A DNA stretch of 64,000 bases from a virus. The stretch is from positions 32,001 through 96,000 of the IMG/VR virus record IMGVR_UViG_3300042330_000875, one strand, 5' to 3'. Shown here in pieces: positions 1-9,232 of this stretch. The first letter of the stretch is position 1. The number at the start of each line of letters is the position of its first letter. The position numbers and the translations under genes were made by a program. The notes beneath the pieces are model-generated. The model searched no databases. It was not told the origin of the DNA and worked only from the letters and a program-made list of their open reading frames with translations.

Positions 1-165
1 AATATTTTTAGGATATTGACCTAATTTCAATTTTTTAAATTCATTATTTGATAAATTAGCATATTCGATACTATGCATAGATTTATCTTTTGTATTAGGT
101 TTAATAGCATTTATAATATTACCTATTATAACTTCTTGTAATGTTGAATATTCGTTTTTAATCAT
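1..165 (-). CDS. Amidinotransferase-like protein, N-terminus only (runs off window)
   Basis: Manual translation from ATG at 165 gives MIKNEYSTLQEVIIGD...SMHSIEYA...GQYP, resembling the NEWxxLxEVIVG start of glycine/inosamine-phosphate amidinotransferases. Confidence 0.55.
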   Translation of the reverse strand, partial: MIKNEYSTLQEVIIGNIINAIKPNTKDKSMHSIEYANLSNNEFKKLKLGQYPKNI

Positions 166-755
166 TTATAGATGCTCTTTCTTGGTATTACATTTTCAGT
201 ATCAGACGTATAATATATAAATCTCAATGCTTCTGCATTATTAGAATTTTTACTAACTGAATGCCAAGAATTTTCAGTATTTTCAAATATAACAAAATTA
301 TTTTTAATCCAATCGTATGTAACTTTATTATTATCATTTTCTAAAATTAATTGACAATCGCTATTATTTAAAAAATAAATTCCAGTTAAAAATCTTTTTA
401 AACCTAGATAGCTATTAATTGTATAATCTATATGTGCTTCAACCATATGATTTTCAGGTATTCGCATAAAACCCCCGCCCCAAAAATTCATATCAACAAT
501 TATTCCTTTTTTATTAAAATAATTTTCTAATTTTTTTATAAATTTATGATTATAAAAATAATTTACGGGTATATTAGTAATATTTTCATCTAAATCATAA
601 ATCCAAGTATACTCGTGTAATAATGTGTTTTTATTTTGATAAATTTTGCATTCTTTTTCTGTTAATTTATTAAAATAAATTTCTAATGTATTTGTAATTT
701 CATTAGAAAAAACATTTGTTAATAATAAATGATTATAAGGTTTATTTTTAAACAT
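162..755 (-). CDS. 2OG-Fe(II) oxygenase superfamily protein
   Basis: WGGG..HID (HxD) and distal SWHSV His, followed by Arg; prolyl-hydroxylase-like layout. Confidence 0.75.
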   Translation of the reverse strand: MFKNKPYNHLLLTNVFSNEITNTLEIYFNKLTEKECKIYQNKNTLLHEYTWIYDLDENITNIPVNYFYNHKFIKKLENYFNKKGIIVDMNFWGGGFMRIPENHMVEAHIDYTINSYLGLKRFLTGIYFLNNSDCQLILENDNNKVTYDWIKNNFVIFENTENSWHSVSKNSNNAEALRFIYYTSDTENVIPRKSIYK

Positions 756-770
756 ATAAATATTTATATG
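753..770. promoter_or_regulatory. Bidirectional T4-type late promoter (TATAAATA on both strands) between back-to-back start codons
   Basis: Perfect palindrome CATATAAATATTTATATG. Confidence 0.55.
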
Positions 771-1409
771 AAAATATTATTATTATCTTCTGAAAGAAGT
801 GGAAGTACCGCATTTCAAGAATTTTTAGCTAATAAAAATAATATTAAAAATTATTTAGAACCTTTTGAAAATACTCAAAATAAAAGATTTACAAAAAGTA
901 ATGAATATTCAATAATTAATGCTATAAATATATTATGTAACGATAATAATTATATTATAAAAATACAAATGAATCAAATGAATGATAATAAAATAAAATT
1001 TATAATTAATGAGTTACAAATTGATAATATAATAGTATTATTGAGAAAAAATTTTATTGAACAATGTTTAAGTAATCAATTATCAAATTATACGGATAAA
1101 TGGCACAATTCAGATTTAAAACCAAAAGATAACATAATACATCATGAAATGATAAAAAATAAAACATTTAAGGCAAATGAAAAATATTTTATAAATCAAG
1201 AAACTTACAATAAAAGATTATTAAATTGGGGGTTAAAAAATCCTATTTATTTTCATGAAGATAATATTGTTAATTTTAATTGTACACGTTATAAAAAATT
1301 AAATAACAATATTATCACTAATTTTACTAATCAAAATGAAATATTTCATTTTAATACTAATTATAATGTTAGTTTGAGAAAATATTTAAATGAAAATTTA
1401 TATTATTAA
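768..1409 (+). CDS. Sulfotransferase (Stf0-like) family protein
   Basis: N-terminal PAPS-loop RSGST and LLRKNFIEQCLS..WH motif; start reassigned to ATG 768. Confidence 0.65.
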   Translation: MKILLLSSERSGSTAFQEFLANKNNIKNYLEPFENTQNKRFTKSNEYSIINAINILCNDNNYIIKIQMNQMNDNKIKFIINELQIDNIIVLLRKNFIEQCLSNQLSNYTDKWHNSDLKPKDNIIHHEMIKNKTFKANEKYFINQETYNKRLLNWGLKNPIYFHEDNIVNFNCTRYKKLNNNIITNFTNQNEIFHFNTNYNVSLRKYLNENLYY

Positions 1410-2430
1410 AGAACCAACAGAAAATGATTTTTTTTATATAGAAGATTTAATTTCTTATTTTAATTTAGAAATAGTCGAAGATATTAAACAAGCAGATATT
1501 TTGTTTTTTCAACCTTATTATGATTATGGTAATTATAATAATGCACATACGATTTAATCGTATGTGCATTATTATAAACCTATTGTTTATTTTGATATTT
1601 GTGATTATAGCCCATTATATGAAAATAAAGAACTATTTAATTTTTTAAAAGAAAACAATATAAAATTAGTAACCTTTGATAAAGAAAATATTAAAATTAT
1701 AAATGATGAATTTATAATGAATTATTGGGAATTAAAAAGTTATCTAACAACATTAACAATAAAAAATGAAATTAATAAAAGATTTTTATGTTTAAATCGC
1801 AGGATTCATGAATTTAGAAATACATTAATTGGTGAATTATATAATCAAAATTTATTAGATAATTTTTTATTAGGTTTTGGGCGCGAACGATCAGGTAAAA
1901 AACAACATTTTGATTATAATAATTTAAAATATATAACAAATAACAATTATAAAAATTTTGAAAAACAATTACCAATTATATTACAAAACAAAGTTAACAA
2001 TTTAACTGTTGAAGATATATTTTTATTAAAACAAGATTTGTTCTCTAAAACCCAAATGAGTATAGTAACAGAAACAAACTTTAATTTTCCCATTTTAACA
2101 GAAAAAACATATTTAGAATTAAGTAATAATCGACCTTTTATAATAGCTGGCGGCGCTTATTCATTAAAAAAATTACACAATAAAGGTTTCAAAACTTTTT
2201 CTTTATTATGGGATGAAAATTATGATTTAATAGAAGATCATACAAAAAGGTTAAATGCTATCGTAGAAGTAATTAGATTTCTAAATAATTTAGATAGTAA
2301 AGAGTTTAATAATATTATTGAGAAATCAAAAATAATATCAGAATATAATAAACAAATATGTAATGAAATTTTACAAAAAACTAAAAATAACTTTAATCAA
2401 TATATTAGGAATATAAATGAAAATATTTGA
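1390..2430 (+). pseudogene. Glycosyltransferase-like (GT-B-type) phage protein interrupted by in-frame TAA at 1555-1557
   Basis: Frame from ATG 1390 continues in frame into ORF 1564..2430; N-terminal EIVEDIKQAD matches EITENIEQAD of the neighbouring paralog; C-terminal TEKTY..PFIIAG..GFKTF..WDENYD motif. Confidence 0.6.
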
Positions 2431-3397
2431 TCCAAACTATAAAAATAATATTGAAATAAAAAATAATTGGAATTGGTATGGATTACTTGGTTTAAAAAGA
2501 TTAATTCCTGAAATAGAAATAACTGAAAATATCGAACAAGCAGATTTTGTTTGGATTGAAAACTCACCTAATAAAAGAGTTAGTAAAAGAAAAGATTTTC
2601 CTGTTTATTCAAATAAAACACATATTTTAAATGCAGGTTTAGAATATGAAAATACTAAATATGATTTACCAAAAAATTATATTGTGTTTGATTGTAATGA
2701 AAAAAACAATCAAATAGATTTTAACTTATGTAAATTAACAAGTTGGTTAGATGGTCAATTAGTCACAGGAAATAAAGAAATAAAATTTAATTTTGGATTT
2801 CGTCGCCCTGATATTCATAGAAACTCATTGGAAAAATTAATAAATAATTTTTCTGTTTATCATTATCGTTGTGAAATTCCCGAAAAAATAAACGATGATA
2901 TTTTTTTAAATTCAAAATATGCCGATTTATTTCAAGAAAATATATCGGATAATATCTTTACAGATATTGCTGGTGTTCACAATCAAGTTCCTGAATCTTT
3001 TGTTAACATGTATAAAGAAACAAATATATCAATTGTAATGGAAACAATGTTTTGGCATGATTTATGCTTTGATAGTGAAAAAGTTCATCGAGAGTTAGCT
3101 TGTGGAATGATACCAATTATTTTTGGACCTATTGGTATTGTTGAAAAATTAAAAAATCAAGGATTTATTTTTCCTGAACATTTATGGGATCATAGTTATG
3201 ATAAGATTATTGATCCATTAAAACGATTTGATTTTCTCGTTGACCAATTATTTGAAATAGAAAAAACATCTAATAGAGAATTTGATTTATGGAAAAAAGA
3301 ATTTGAAATAATTGGTTTTAAAAATCATCAAACAGCTAAACGGAATTTAAAAAATGATATTGATAATCTTAGAAAAATTTTTCATAATTTTCTGTAA
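2417..3397 (+). CDS. Glycosyltransferase-like phage protein, paralog of upstream gene
   Basis: SIVMET..SEKV..PIIFG..GFIF..WDHSYD motif shared with upstream ORF. Confidence 0.55.
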   Translation: MKIFDPNYKNNIEIKNNWNWYGLLGLKRLIPEIEITENIEQADFVWIENSPNKRVSKRKDFPVYSNKTHILNAGLEYENTKYDLPKNYIVFDCNEKNNQIDFNLCKLTSWLDGQLVTGNKEIKFNFGFRRPDIHRNSLEKLINNFSVYHYRCEIPEKINDDIFLNSKYADLFQENISDNIFTDIAGVHNQVPESFVNMYKETNISIVMETMFWHDLCFDSEKVHRELACGMIPIIFGPIGIVEKLKNQGFIFPEHLWDHSYDKIIDPLKRFDFLVDQLFEIEKTSNREFDLWKKEFEIIGFKNHQTAKRNLKNDIDNLRKIFHNFL

Positions 3398-3746
3398 TAT
3401 CGTTTTTTAACAAAAATAAAACTTCATCTGTTTCATTAAAAAAGCTAAATGATAAGTAGAATGTATATATTATTTTACCATCTTCACAATCATCAATTAT
3501 ATTTGTATGTTCTATGTGATAGTTTACGTTCATGTGCCCAATTAACGAATTAATATCAATTAAAAATTTATTAATTAATTTATTATTTAATATTGGGAGT
3601 TTGTTGTTGAGTTGATAAAAACCGTGATTGGAATTAATAACTATTGAGCATAAACCTGATCCATCTTTATCTAATTTTCCCATAGCCGAAACGGGATAAA
3701 TTTTTTCATCACCGATAAAGAATTTTAATCTTGTTTGAGAAACCAC
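3369..3746 (-). CDS. Hypothetical protein with C-terminal NETDEVLFLLKN helix
   Basis: ORF; tail shared with the next two ORFs and with type-P HRLTGPA proteins. Confidence 0.7.
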   Translation of the reverse strand: MVSQTRLKFFIGDEKIYPVSAMGKLDKDGSGLCSIVINSNHGFYQLNNKLPILNNKLINKFLIDINSLIGHMNVNYHIEHTNIIDDCEDGKIIYTFYLSFSFFNETDEVLFLLKNDITENYEKFF

Positions 3747-4003
3747 AATATTTCATCCAAATTGTTTTTAAATTCGATTGTTATTCTTATTTTATTAAAC
3801 CATTCATTATCATAATTTATTGTACCATATTTTTCAATGTTAATATTGATATTTTCCGGCAAAGTATCAATATCATCAACAATTATTTGATTTATTTCTT
3901 TATCTGTATGATAAATTGGTAACATATAAGCTAATTGGTTTAATTTTTTGTCTGAAGTTAAGATTAATTCTGGATAACATTCAATTATGTAATATTTTGT
4001 CAT
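3725..4003 (-). CDS. Hypothetical protein with C-terminal NNLDEILWFLKQ helix
   Basis: ORF (likely start ATG 4003). Confidence 0.65.
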   Translation of the reverse strand: MTKYYIIECYPELILTSDKKLNQLAYMLPIYHTDKEINQIIVDDIDTLPENININIEKYGTINYDNEWFNKIRITIEFKNNLDEILWFLKQD

Positions 4004-4283
4004 TATAAATTCTTTCATTTTGTAATAGCCATAATATTTCATCTACTTCATTATTAAATTTAAAAGAAATACTAATAAATTTCAAAGAAATACAGTCATA
4101 TTCTATTTTTAATAGACTATATATTATATTTTTAGGATAATTAATTTTAAAAATATGGTTAAGTTTTTTTATATGATCTTGATCACTTGTATTATCATTT
4201 AACTCAATGAAATACCCAAAAGCATATTCTTTGTTTTTTGTAAAAGTTACAGGGTTTATAGAATATATAAAATATTCATTCAT
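3981..4283 (-). CDS. Hypothetical protein with C-terminal NEVDEILWLLQN helix
   Basis: ORF coupled to the dNMP kinase stop. Confidence 0.7.
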   Translation of the reverse strand: MNEYFIYSINPVTFTKNKEYAFGYFIELNDNTSDQDHIKKLNHIFKINYPKNIIYSLLKIEYDCISLKFISISFKFNNEVDEILWLLQNERIYNDKILHN

Positions 4284-4903
4284 CAGTTATTCCATAATTT
4301 CACTAAATTTTCAACTTGGCTTTCTAATTGATCGATTGATCCATTATTATAAATGATATGGTCAAACGCGCAGTTCAACCAATTCCATTCTGAAATATGT
4401 ATTTTAAGCTCGTTTAAGCGTTCTACAGCAATTTTGTCGCCTCTTGCGGCTTTCACCCCATCTAATATCCAAGAGGGTTCTGGATCGCGCCTAATCCAGA
4501 TTGTAGGGTACTTATTTTTCTTTAACCAATCAAATTCATTTGGGAATCTACAGTCGGTTACAACAACATCCTTGCCATCAAATTTTTTAGCTAAACTTAA
4601 CAACCAAATGTCAGGATGAAAATGTTCACGCATAACATCAGTTCCGATAAATTGCAAAGCAAAACGTGGAGTAAAATTATTAATACCCAATCGGTTACTC
4701 CACCAAACATCAATAGTTTCTCTCCAAACTCTACTTTCAGTTGTTTTGCCTTCTAATAATTCTCTATCCCAAGAAAAAATATTAGCACAAGCATCTTTTA
4801 ACGTGCCAGCAAAACTGGCTTTTTCAAAATGATAATTTTCAATTAAGATACTTCCTAGCGTATCTTTTCCTGCGCCAGCAAATCCACCTATTCCTACAAT
4901 CAT
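4283..4903 (-). CDS. Deoxynucleoside monophosphate kinase (T4 gp1-like)
   Basis: GFAGAGKDT P-loop, SFAGTLK, TPRFALQFIGTD, DCRFPNE. Confidence 0.9.
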   Translation of the reverse strand: MIVGIGGFAGAGKDTLGSILIENYHFEKASFAGTLKDACANIFSWDRELLEGKTTESRVWRETIDVWWSNRLGINNFTPRFALQFIGTDVMREHFHPDIWLLSLAKKFDGKDVVVTDCRFPNEFDWLKKNKYPTIWIRRDPEPSWILDGVKAARGDKIAVERLNELKIHISEWNWLNCAFDHIIYNNGSIDQLESQVENLVKLWNN

Positions 4904-4904
4904 A

Positions 4905-5213
4905 TTAGCTCCATTTTAAAATCATTTCTACTTGAAAAGCGTTATCTTGAATTGGGTGATCTTTTAACCAATCATGGACATTATCATATATTTTGTTATT
5001 TAAACAAAAAGAATATTTCTCATTGGGCCAAATAACTGCTGGTCCAGTTAATCGATGCCAAATATAATCTTTTTCACACCAAACTTTATGACTGCTTTCT
5101 AAATCTTCAAAAGCAGGTGTATTTTCATCAGGTGAAGAAATTTCATATAATGGCATATCATTAGGATCATCAGTAGTAAATTTTTCACCATTTACATAAT
5201 AACGGTATGTCAT
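4905..5213 (-). CDS. HRLTGPA family protein copy 1 (tail type Q)
   Basis: YYVNGEKF..ISSPDENTPA..WHRLTGPA..QDNAFQVEMILKWS. Confidence 0.85.
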   Translation of the reverse strand: MTYRYYVNGEKFTTDDPNDMPLYEISSPDENTPAFEDLESSHKVWCEKDYIWHRLTGPAVIWPNEKYSFCLNNKIYDNVHDWLKDHPIQDNAFQVEMILKWS

Positions 5214-5677
5214 CTCATTAAATCAAATTGAGAAAATAATGGTCCGATTTCATCTTTATTACCAAAATAATAAAATACAGTCATTTCTTCACGCAAACAA
5301 AGACGAACGATTTTTCCACTTTCAATTTTAAAATTTTCTGTAACTGTAATATCATTATCTAAACATTTTACAATTTCTTCATCAGCCCAAAATGGATAAG
5401 TTGGATCGATAACAACATCTTTAAAAAATGTATAATTTTTATTAAAATCTTCAATTTGTTTATAAGATGCAGTTAAAGCAATTGTTGTACCAAATCCATT
5501 GCCTGAACGAATCCAAAGATCAAATAATTCATTATTGATTAAACTTGATGGATTGGTAAGATAATCATAAACAAATTTTGTCCCAGCATGATTTGCTTGA
5601 GCACAGGCTTTACCAGGATTCATACTATATAAATCACTTGGGATTAAAAGATAAAGAATAGGGGTTGTTGTAGTCAT
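5210..5677 (-). CDS. Peptidyl-tRNA hydrolase 2 (PTH2)-like protein
   Basis: MNPGKACAQANHAG motif. Confidence 0.7.
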   Translation of the reverse strand: MTTTTPILYLLIPSDLYSMNPGKACAQANHAGTKFVYDYLTNPSSLINNELFDLWIRSGNGFGTTIALTASYKQIEDFNKNYTFFKDVVIDPTYPFWADEEIVKCLDNDITVTENFKIESGKIVRLCLREEMTVFYYFGNKDEIGPLFSQFDLMR

Positions 5678-5732
5678 TAATTTTTCCTCTTAAATTTTTA
5701 TCATTATAAATTAATATCAATTATTAGTCAAG

Positions 5733-5761
5733 AAAAAAGGGGAAATTTAAATTTCCCCTTT
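5733..5761. terminator. Bidirectional intrinsic terminator
   Basis: AAAGGGGAAATTTAAATTTCCCCTTT palindrome. Confidence 0.7.
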
Positions 5762-5778
5762 ACACATTTATATGTAAT

Positions 5779-6234
5779 TTAAAATAATTGTTTTAGTAAC
5801 TTAATTTGTTCTAATGTAATATTTTCCCAATCAACAACATTATTATCAATTGTAATTTTAAGAATTTCTTTTTTAGAAAATGGTTCGTTAAAATTAATAG
5901 TTACTTTATGGGGAATTTGTTCAGTTTTTCGTTTAGTTGGTATAAGAATTTCCCAAGGGTCTTTTCCCCTATTATCATTTGGTACTTCAATATTTTTATA
6001 TGTATAAACAGTTCCAGAAATATTTTTATGCGTAACATCTTCAACATCCAAATAGTTTACATTTGGATATTTATCAGCATTACCATTGATTTGATTTAAA
6101 ACCATTAGTGCTTGTTTATATTCATATAATTTATGATATTTATAAAATAGATGTTTGTTTGAATTATAAAGAATTTTTTCTTCTTTATTATTTTCTATAA
6201 AATCATTTATTGCCATATGTAATGTTGTTTTCAT
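5779..6234 (-). CDS. Hypothetical protein
   Basis: 151-aa ORF with AGGA RBS. Confidence 0.7.
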   Translation of the reverse strand: MKTTLHMAINDFIENNKEEKILYNSNKHLFYKYHKLYEYKQALMVLNQINGNADKYPNVNYLDVEDVTHKNISGTVYTYKNIEVPNDNRGKDPWEILIPTKRKTEQIPHKVTINFNEPFSKKEILKITIDNNVVDWENITLEQIKLLKQLF

Positions 6235-6244
6235 AATTTTTCCT

Positions 6245-6550
6245 TTATGAATATTTTAATAACATTTCTACTTGAAATGCATTAACTTGATTTGGGTGTT
6301 CTTTCAACCAATTATGAATATTTTCATAAAATTTACCAATTAACCAAAAATATTCTTTTCCATCATTGTCAATAAACGCAGGGCCAGTTAATCGATGCCA
6401 ACAATTTTTTTCTTTACACCAAAGTTTTTCGCCTGTTATCAAATCTTCCCAAGCTGGTGTTTCTTCATTTAATGAACAAATTTTATCATGTGGAATTTTA
6501 TAATAATCTTTAGTTGTAAATTTCTTACCATCAATATAATAAACAATCAT
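6245..6550 (-). CDS. HRLTGPA family protein copy 2 (tail Q)
   Basis: Family motifs. Confidence 0.85.
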   Translation of the reverse strand: MIVYYIDGKKFTTKDYYKIPHDKICSLNEETPAWEDLITGEKLWCKEKNCWHRLTGPAFIDNDGKEYFWLIGKFYENIHNWLKEHPNQVNAFQVEMLLKYS

Positions 6551-6552
6551 TT

Positions 6553-6855
6553 TTATTCTCGTAATTTAAAAATAGTCAAATTTGCACTATTAAGTTCTTG
6601 TTCAAAATGATCAAAAACATCTTCATAATGAACAAATAGATGAACTTCTTTTTCAGCAGCAAATTTCATAATTACAGGAAGATTATCTTCTTTTCCAATA
6701 GTTAATTGATAAGCAGTAATTTTTTCTTGAAAATCTTTTGGATATTGAGGAAAAGCTAACGTATCCAAGGCGCGCATAACAGCATCTTCAATTTTAAAAA
6801 TAATAACATAACCTTGCCCACCAACCCATTTATCTGTAAAAGCATATTTATTCAT
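6553..6855 (-). CDS. Hypothetical protein
   Basis: Likely start ATG 6855 after GGAGA RBS. Confidence 0.65.
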   Translation of the reverse strand: MNKYAFTDKWVGGQGYVIIFKIEDAVMRALDTLAFPQYPKDFQEKITAYQLTIGKEDNLPVIMKFAAEKEVHLFVHYEDVFDHFEQELNSANLTIFKLRE

Positions 6856-7711
6856 AACTAATCTCCAATTTTGTTTTGTTTTGTTTAAAAGAATATTTTC
6901 CAAACTTAAATGAAATTTTTGTATTTTCATTTTTTAAGTTTAGTTGTTTTAAGTATGTTTCAACTGAACGATATTTGACATTTTGAATATTATTTCTATT
7001 AAGAAATCCCATCCAAGCATTTTTTTGTCGAACGAAGGATAATTGAAACATTGCAGTTAAGTCAATAACATTATTTTGAAAAAATTTATTCCAATCTTCT
7101 AACGCCAATTCATCAATTAATTGTTCTTGTTCACTTAAAACATTAACTGTTTGTGAAACAATTTGTTTCACATCTTTATAATGTGTTTCAATGTTTGGAA
7201 TTAAAGTATTTCTAATAAAAACACGATTTCTATTATTGTCAAAATTAGTTGGATCATTGATCCAATCAAGAAAATTTTCTCGGCAATAATTTAAAATATC
7301 TTTTTTAAAAAGATTTAGCAATGGTCGATAAATTGTAAAATTTTCAAATTCAACAATTTCTTTAATTCCAGTTAATCCACGCAAGCCTGATCCACGAAAC
7401 AATCTTAGAAAAAATGTTTCGATATTATCATCTTTATGATGCCCAACTAAAATTTTATCACCATGTTTTGCTAAAGCAGAATATCGTTGATTTCTTGCTG
7501 TGTTTTCAAAATTACCCTTTTTACAAAAAACATTTTCTACAATTAAATGAAAATTGTGTTTTTTAGCAAAATTTTTACAAAATTCTTCTTCAAGTTTATC
7601 TTGATTGGATTGGTTATGATTTACATAAACAATTTTAGGATTTAAATGTTGTGTTTTATGCCAAAGACAAACCGAATCTGCCCCGCCCGAAAATCCTAAA
7701 ACCCAATTCAT
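6848..7711 (-). CDS. tilS: tRNA(Ile)-lysidine synthetase
   Basis: PP-loop SGGADS, ENTARNQRY, GHHKDDNIET, RGSGLRGL, RPLL, DPTN..RVFIRN. Confidence 0.92.
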   Translation of the reverse strand: MNWVLGFSGGADSVCLWHKTQHLNPKIVYVNHNQSNQDKLEEEFCKNFAKKHNFHLIVENVFCKKGNFENTARNQRYSALAKHGDKILVGHHKDDNIETFFLRLFRGSGLRGLTGIKEIVEFENFTIYRPLLNLFKKDILNYCRENFLDWINDPTNFDNNRNRVFIRNTLIPNIETHYKDVKQIVSQTVNVLSEQEQLIDELALEDWNKFFQNNVIDLTAMFQLSFVRQKNAWMGFLNRNNIQNVKYRSVETYLKQLNLKNENTKISFKFGKYSFKQNKTKLEISYE

Positions 7712-7723
7712 AATAATCTCCTT

Positions 7724-7942
7724 TTATTTTAATTTACATTGAATTAATTCATTATCTTTTTCTTTTCTTTCTGTACGTCTATCAAAGTCTCTAGTTTGTC
7801 CATAATAAACATAACGGTTTTCAATAATAAATTGTCTTGCCGCCATACATGTATCGTATGAAGAAAATTCTTGCATACTAACATTATTAGCTGGTCCTGA
7901 TAAATTACCAATAACAATTAAAACATATGCAATATTATTCAT
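7724..7942 (-). CDS. Small hypothetical, possibly exported protein
   Basis: Hydrophobic N-terminus, FSSYDTC..C. Confidence 0.6.
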   Translation of the reverse strand: MNNIAYVLIVIGNLSGPANNVSMQEFSSYDTCMAARQFIIENRYVYYGQTRDFDRRTERKEKDNELIQCKLK

Positions 7943-8144
7943 AATTTCTTCCTTATCTTATAAAAATCGATTAATATATTAGAAAATTTTTTATTATTTG
8001 TCAAGATAATTTACTTCAAGATTTATTAAATCCCAATAACATCCAACAATAAAACCTATTGCAAATAAATGATGTACATAAAAAGTTAAAAAAGCGCTTG
8101 CACATAATACAAGTATAATTAAATTTTCTAAATTAAAAATCGTC

Positions 8145-8339
8145 TTAATCATCATTTTTGTAAAATCCTATAATAGAAATTGCATTTTCCATAAATTCCA
8201 TACCTTGTTCAATTAAAGAATCATTTTGATAACAATCTTCTTCACATGAAATTTTATTTTCATCTCTAAACTCTTTAACCATTTCGTAAAGTTTAATCAT
8301 TTTTTCTTGTTCGTCAATAGAATATTTTTTAAATTTCAT
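8145..8339 (-). CDS. Hypothetical protein
   Basis: ORF with AGGAG RBS. Confidence 0.65.
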   Translation of the reverse strand: MKFKKYSIDEQEKMIKLYEMVKEFRDENKISCEEDCYQNDSLIEQGMEFMENAISIIGFYKNDD

Positions 8340-8354
8340 AATTTACTCCTTTTG

Positions 8355-8436
8355 TAATTTTTGTTAAGTTGCAGTTGTATGAACTAGTCGGAAATAGTGA
8401 GGTTTTCTGCGGCTCTTCATGAATAGAAAATTTATT
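8355..8436. repeat. Intergenic repeat R2, copy 1
   Basis: TAATTTTTGTTAAGTTGyAGTTGTA...TTTTCTGCGGCTCTTCrTGAATAGAAAATTTATT also at 21404-21485. Confidence 0.85.
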
Positions 8437-8449
8437 AGAAATGATAAAA

Positions 8450-8755
8450 TTATGTGTATTTTAACAACATTTCCACTTGAAAGGCATTGTCTTTATTAGG
8501 ATGATGTTTTAACCAATCATTTACATTTTCATATTTTTTTCCATTTAACCAATATTCCAAATATCCATCAGGCCAAATTGATGATGGTCCAGTTAATCGA
8601 TGATTAATATCTCCTTTTTTACACCAAAATTTATATCCTGATTCTAAATTTTCATAAGCAGGCGTATTTTCATTGGGTGAAGAAATTTTATATATAGGAA
8701 TATTTTCATATTTTTTAGCTATATATTTTTCACCATCGATATAATAAATAATCAT
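8450..8755 (-). CDS. HRLTGPA family protein copy 3 (tail Q)
   Basis: Family motifs; start ATG 8755. Confidence 0.85.
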   Translation of the reverse strand: MIIYYIDGEKYIAKKYENIPIYKISSPNENTPAYENLESGYKFWCKKGDINHRLTGPSSIWPDGYLEYWLNGKKYENVNDWLKHHPNKDNAFQVEMLLKYT

Positions 8756-8761
8756 TTTAAT

Positions 8762-8871
8762 TTCTTTCAAATAACGGTTTAATCGCGTTTAGAAGCATGT
8801 TACAGGGGTTTTGAATTGATTTGTGTAATTGAGTAAGTAATTAGCTTAAACGGCTTTAAATCGCTTTAAAA
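8762..8871. repeat. Intergenic repeat R1, copy 1 (between paired family genes)
   Basis: Similar ~110-bp sequence at 22196-22307 and, inverted, at 33277-33388. Confidence 0.85.
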
Positions 8872-9204
8872 TTAATTTTGCAAATACCAAAGAATTTTAT
8901 CTGTTTCAGTAAAAATACCAATGGCATCAAAATACAGATCGGGATTTGGATGATCTTTAAGCCAATCATGAATATTTTCATAATATTTTCCATTAAGATA
9001 AAATTCTTTTGTTCCATCTGACCAAATTCTAGCTGGTCCCGTTAATCTATGATAATTTATTTCTTTTTCACACCAAAATTTAAAACCATCAGCTAAACCT
9101 TCAATTGCTGGCGTTTGTTCATTTAAAGATGATACATTAATAAATAGAATTTTTGAATAATATTTCGTTTTAAACTTTTCACCATCAATATAATAAACAT
9201 ACAT
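8872..9204 (-). CDS. HRLTGPA family protein copy 4 (tail P)
   Basis: Family motifs, HPNPDLYFDAIG..ETDKILWYLQN; start ATG 9204. Confidence 0.85.
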   Translation of the reverse strand: MYVYYIDGEKFKTKYYSKILFINVSSLNEQTPAIEGLADGFKFWCEKEINYHRLTGPARIWSDGTKEFYLNGKYYENIHDWLKDHPNPDLYFDAIGIFTETDKILWYLQN

Positions 9205-9232
9205 TATTTTATTCCTTATAAAAGATTTGCAG

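Noticed and set aside
1555-1557. Stop-codon reassignment (alternative genetic code)
   Set aside because: Core genes are intact in the standard code, with TAA, TAG and TGA all used as ends; this stop is an isolated TAA.
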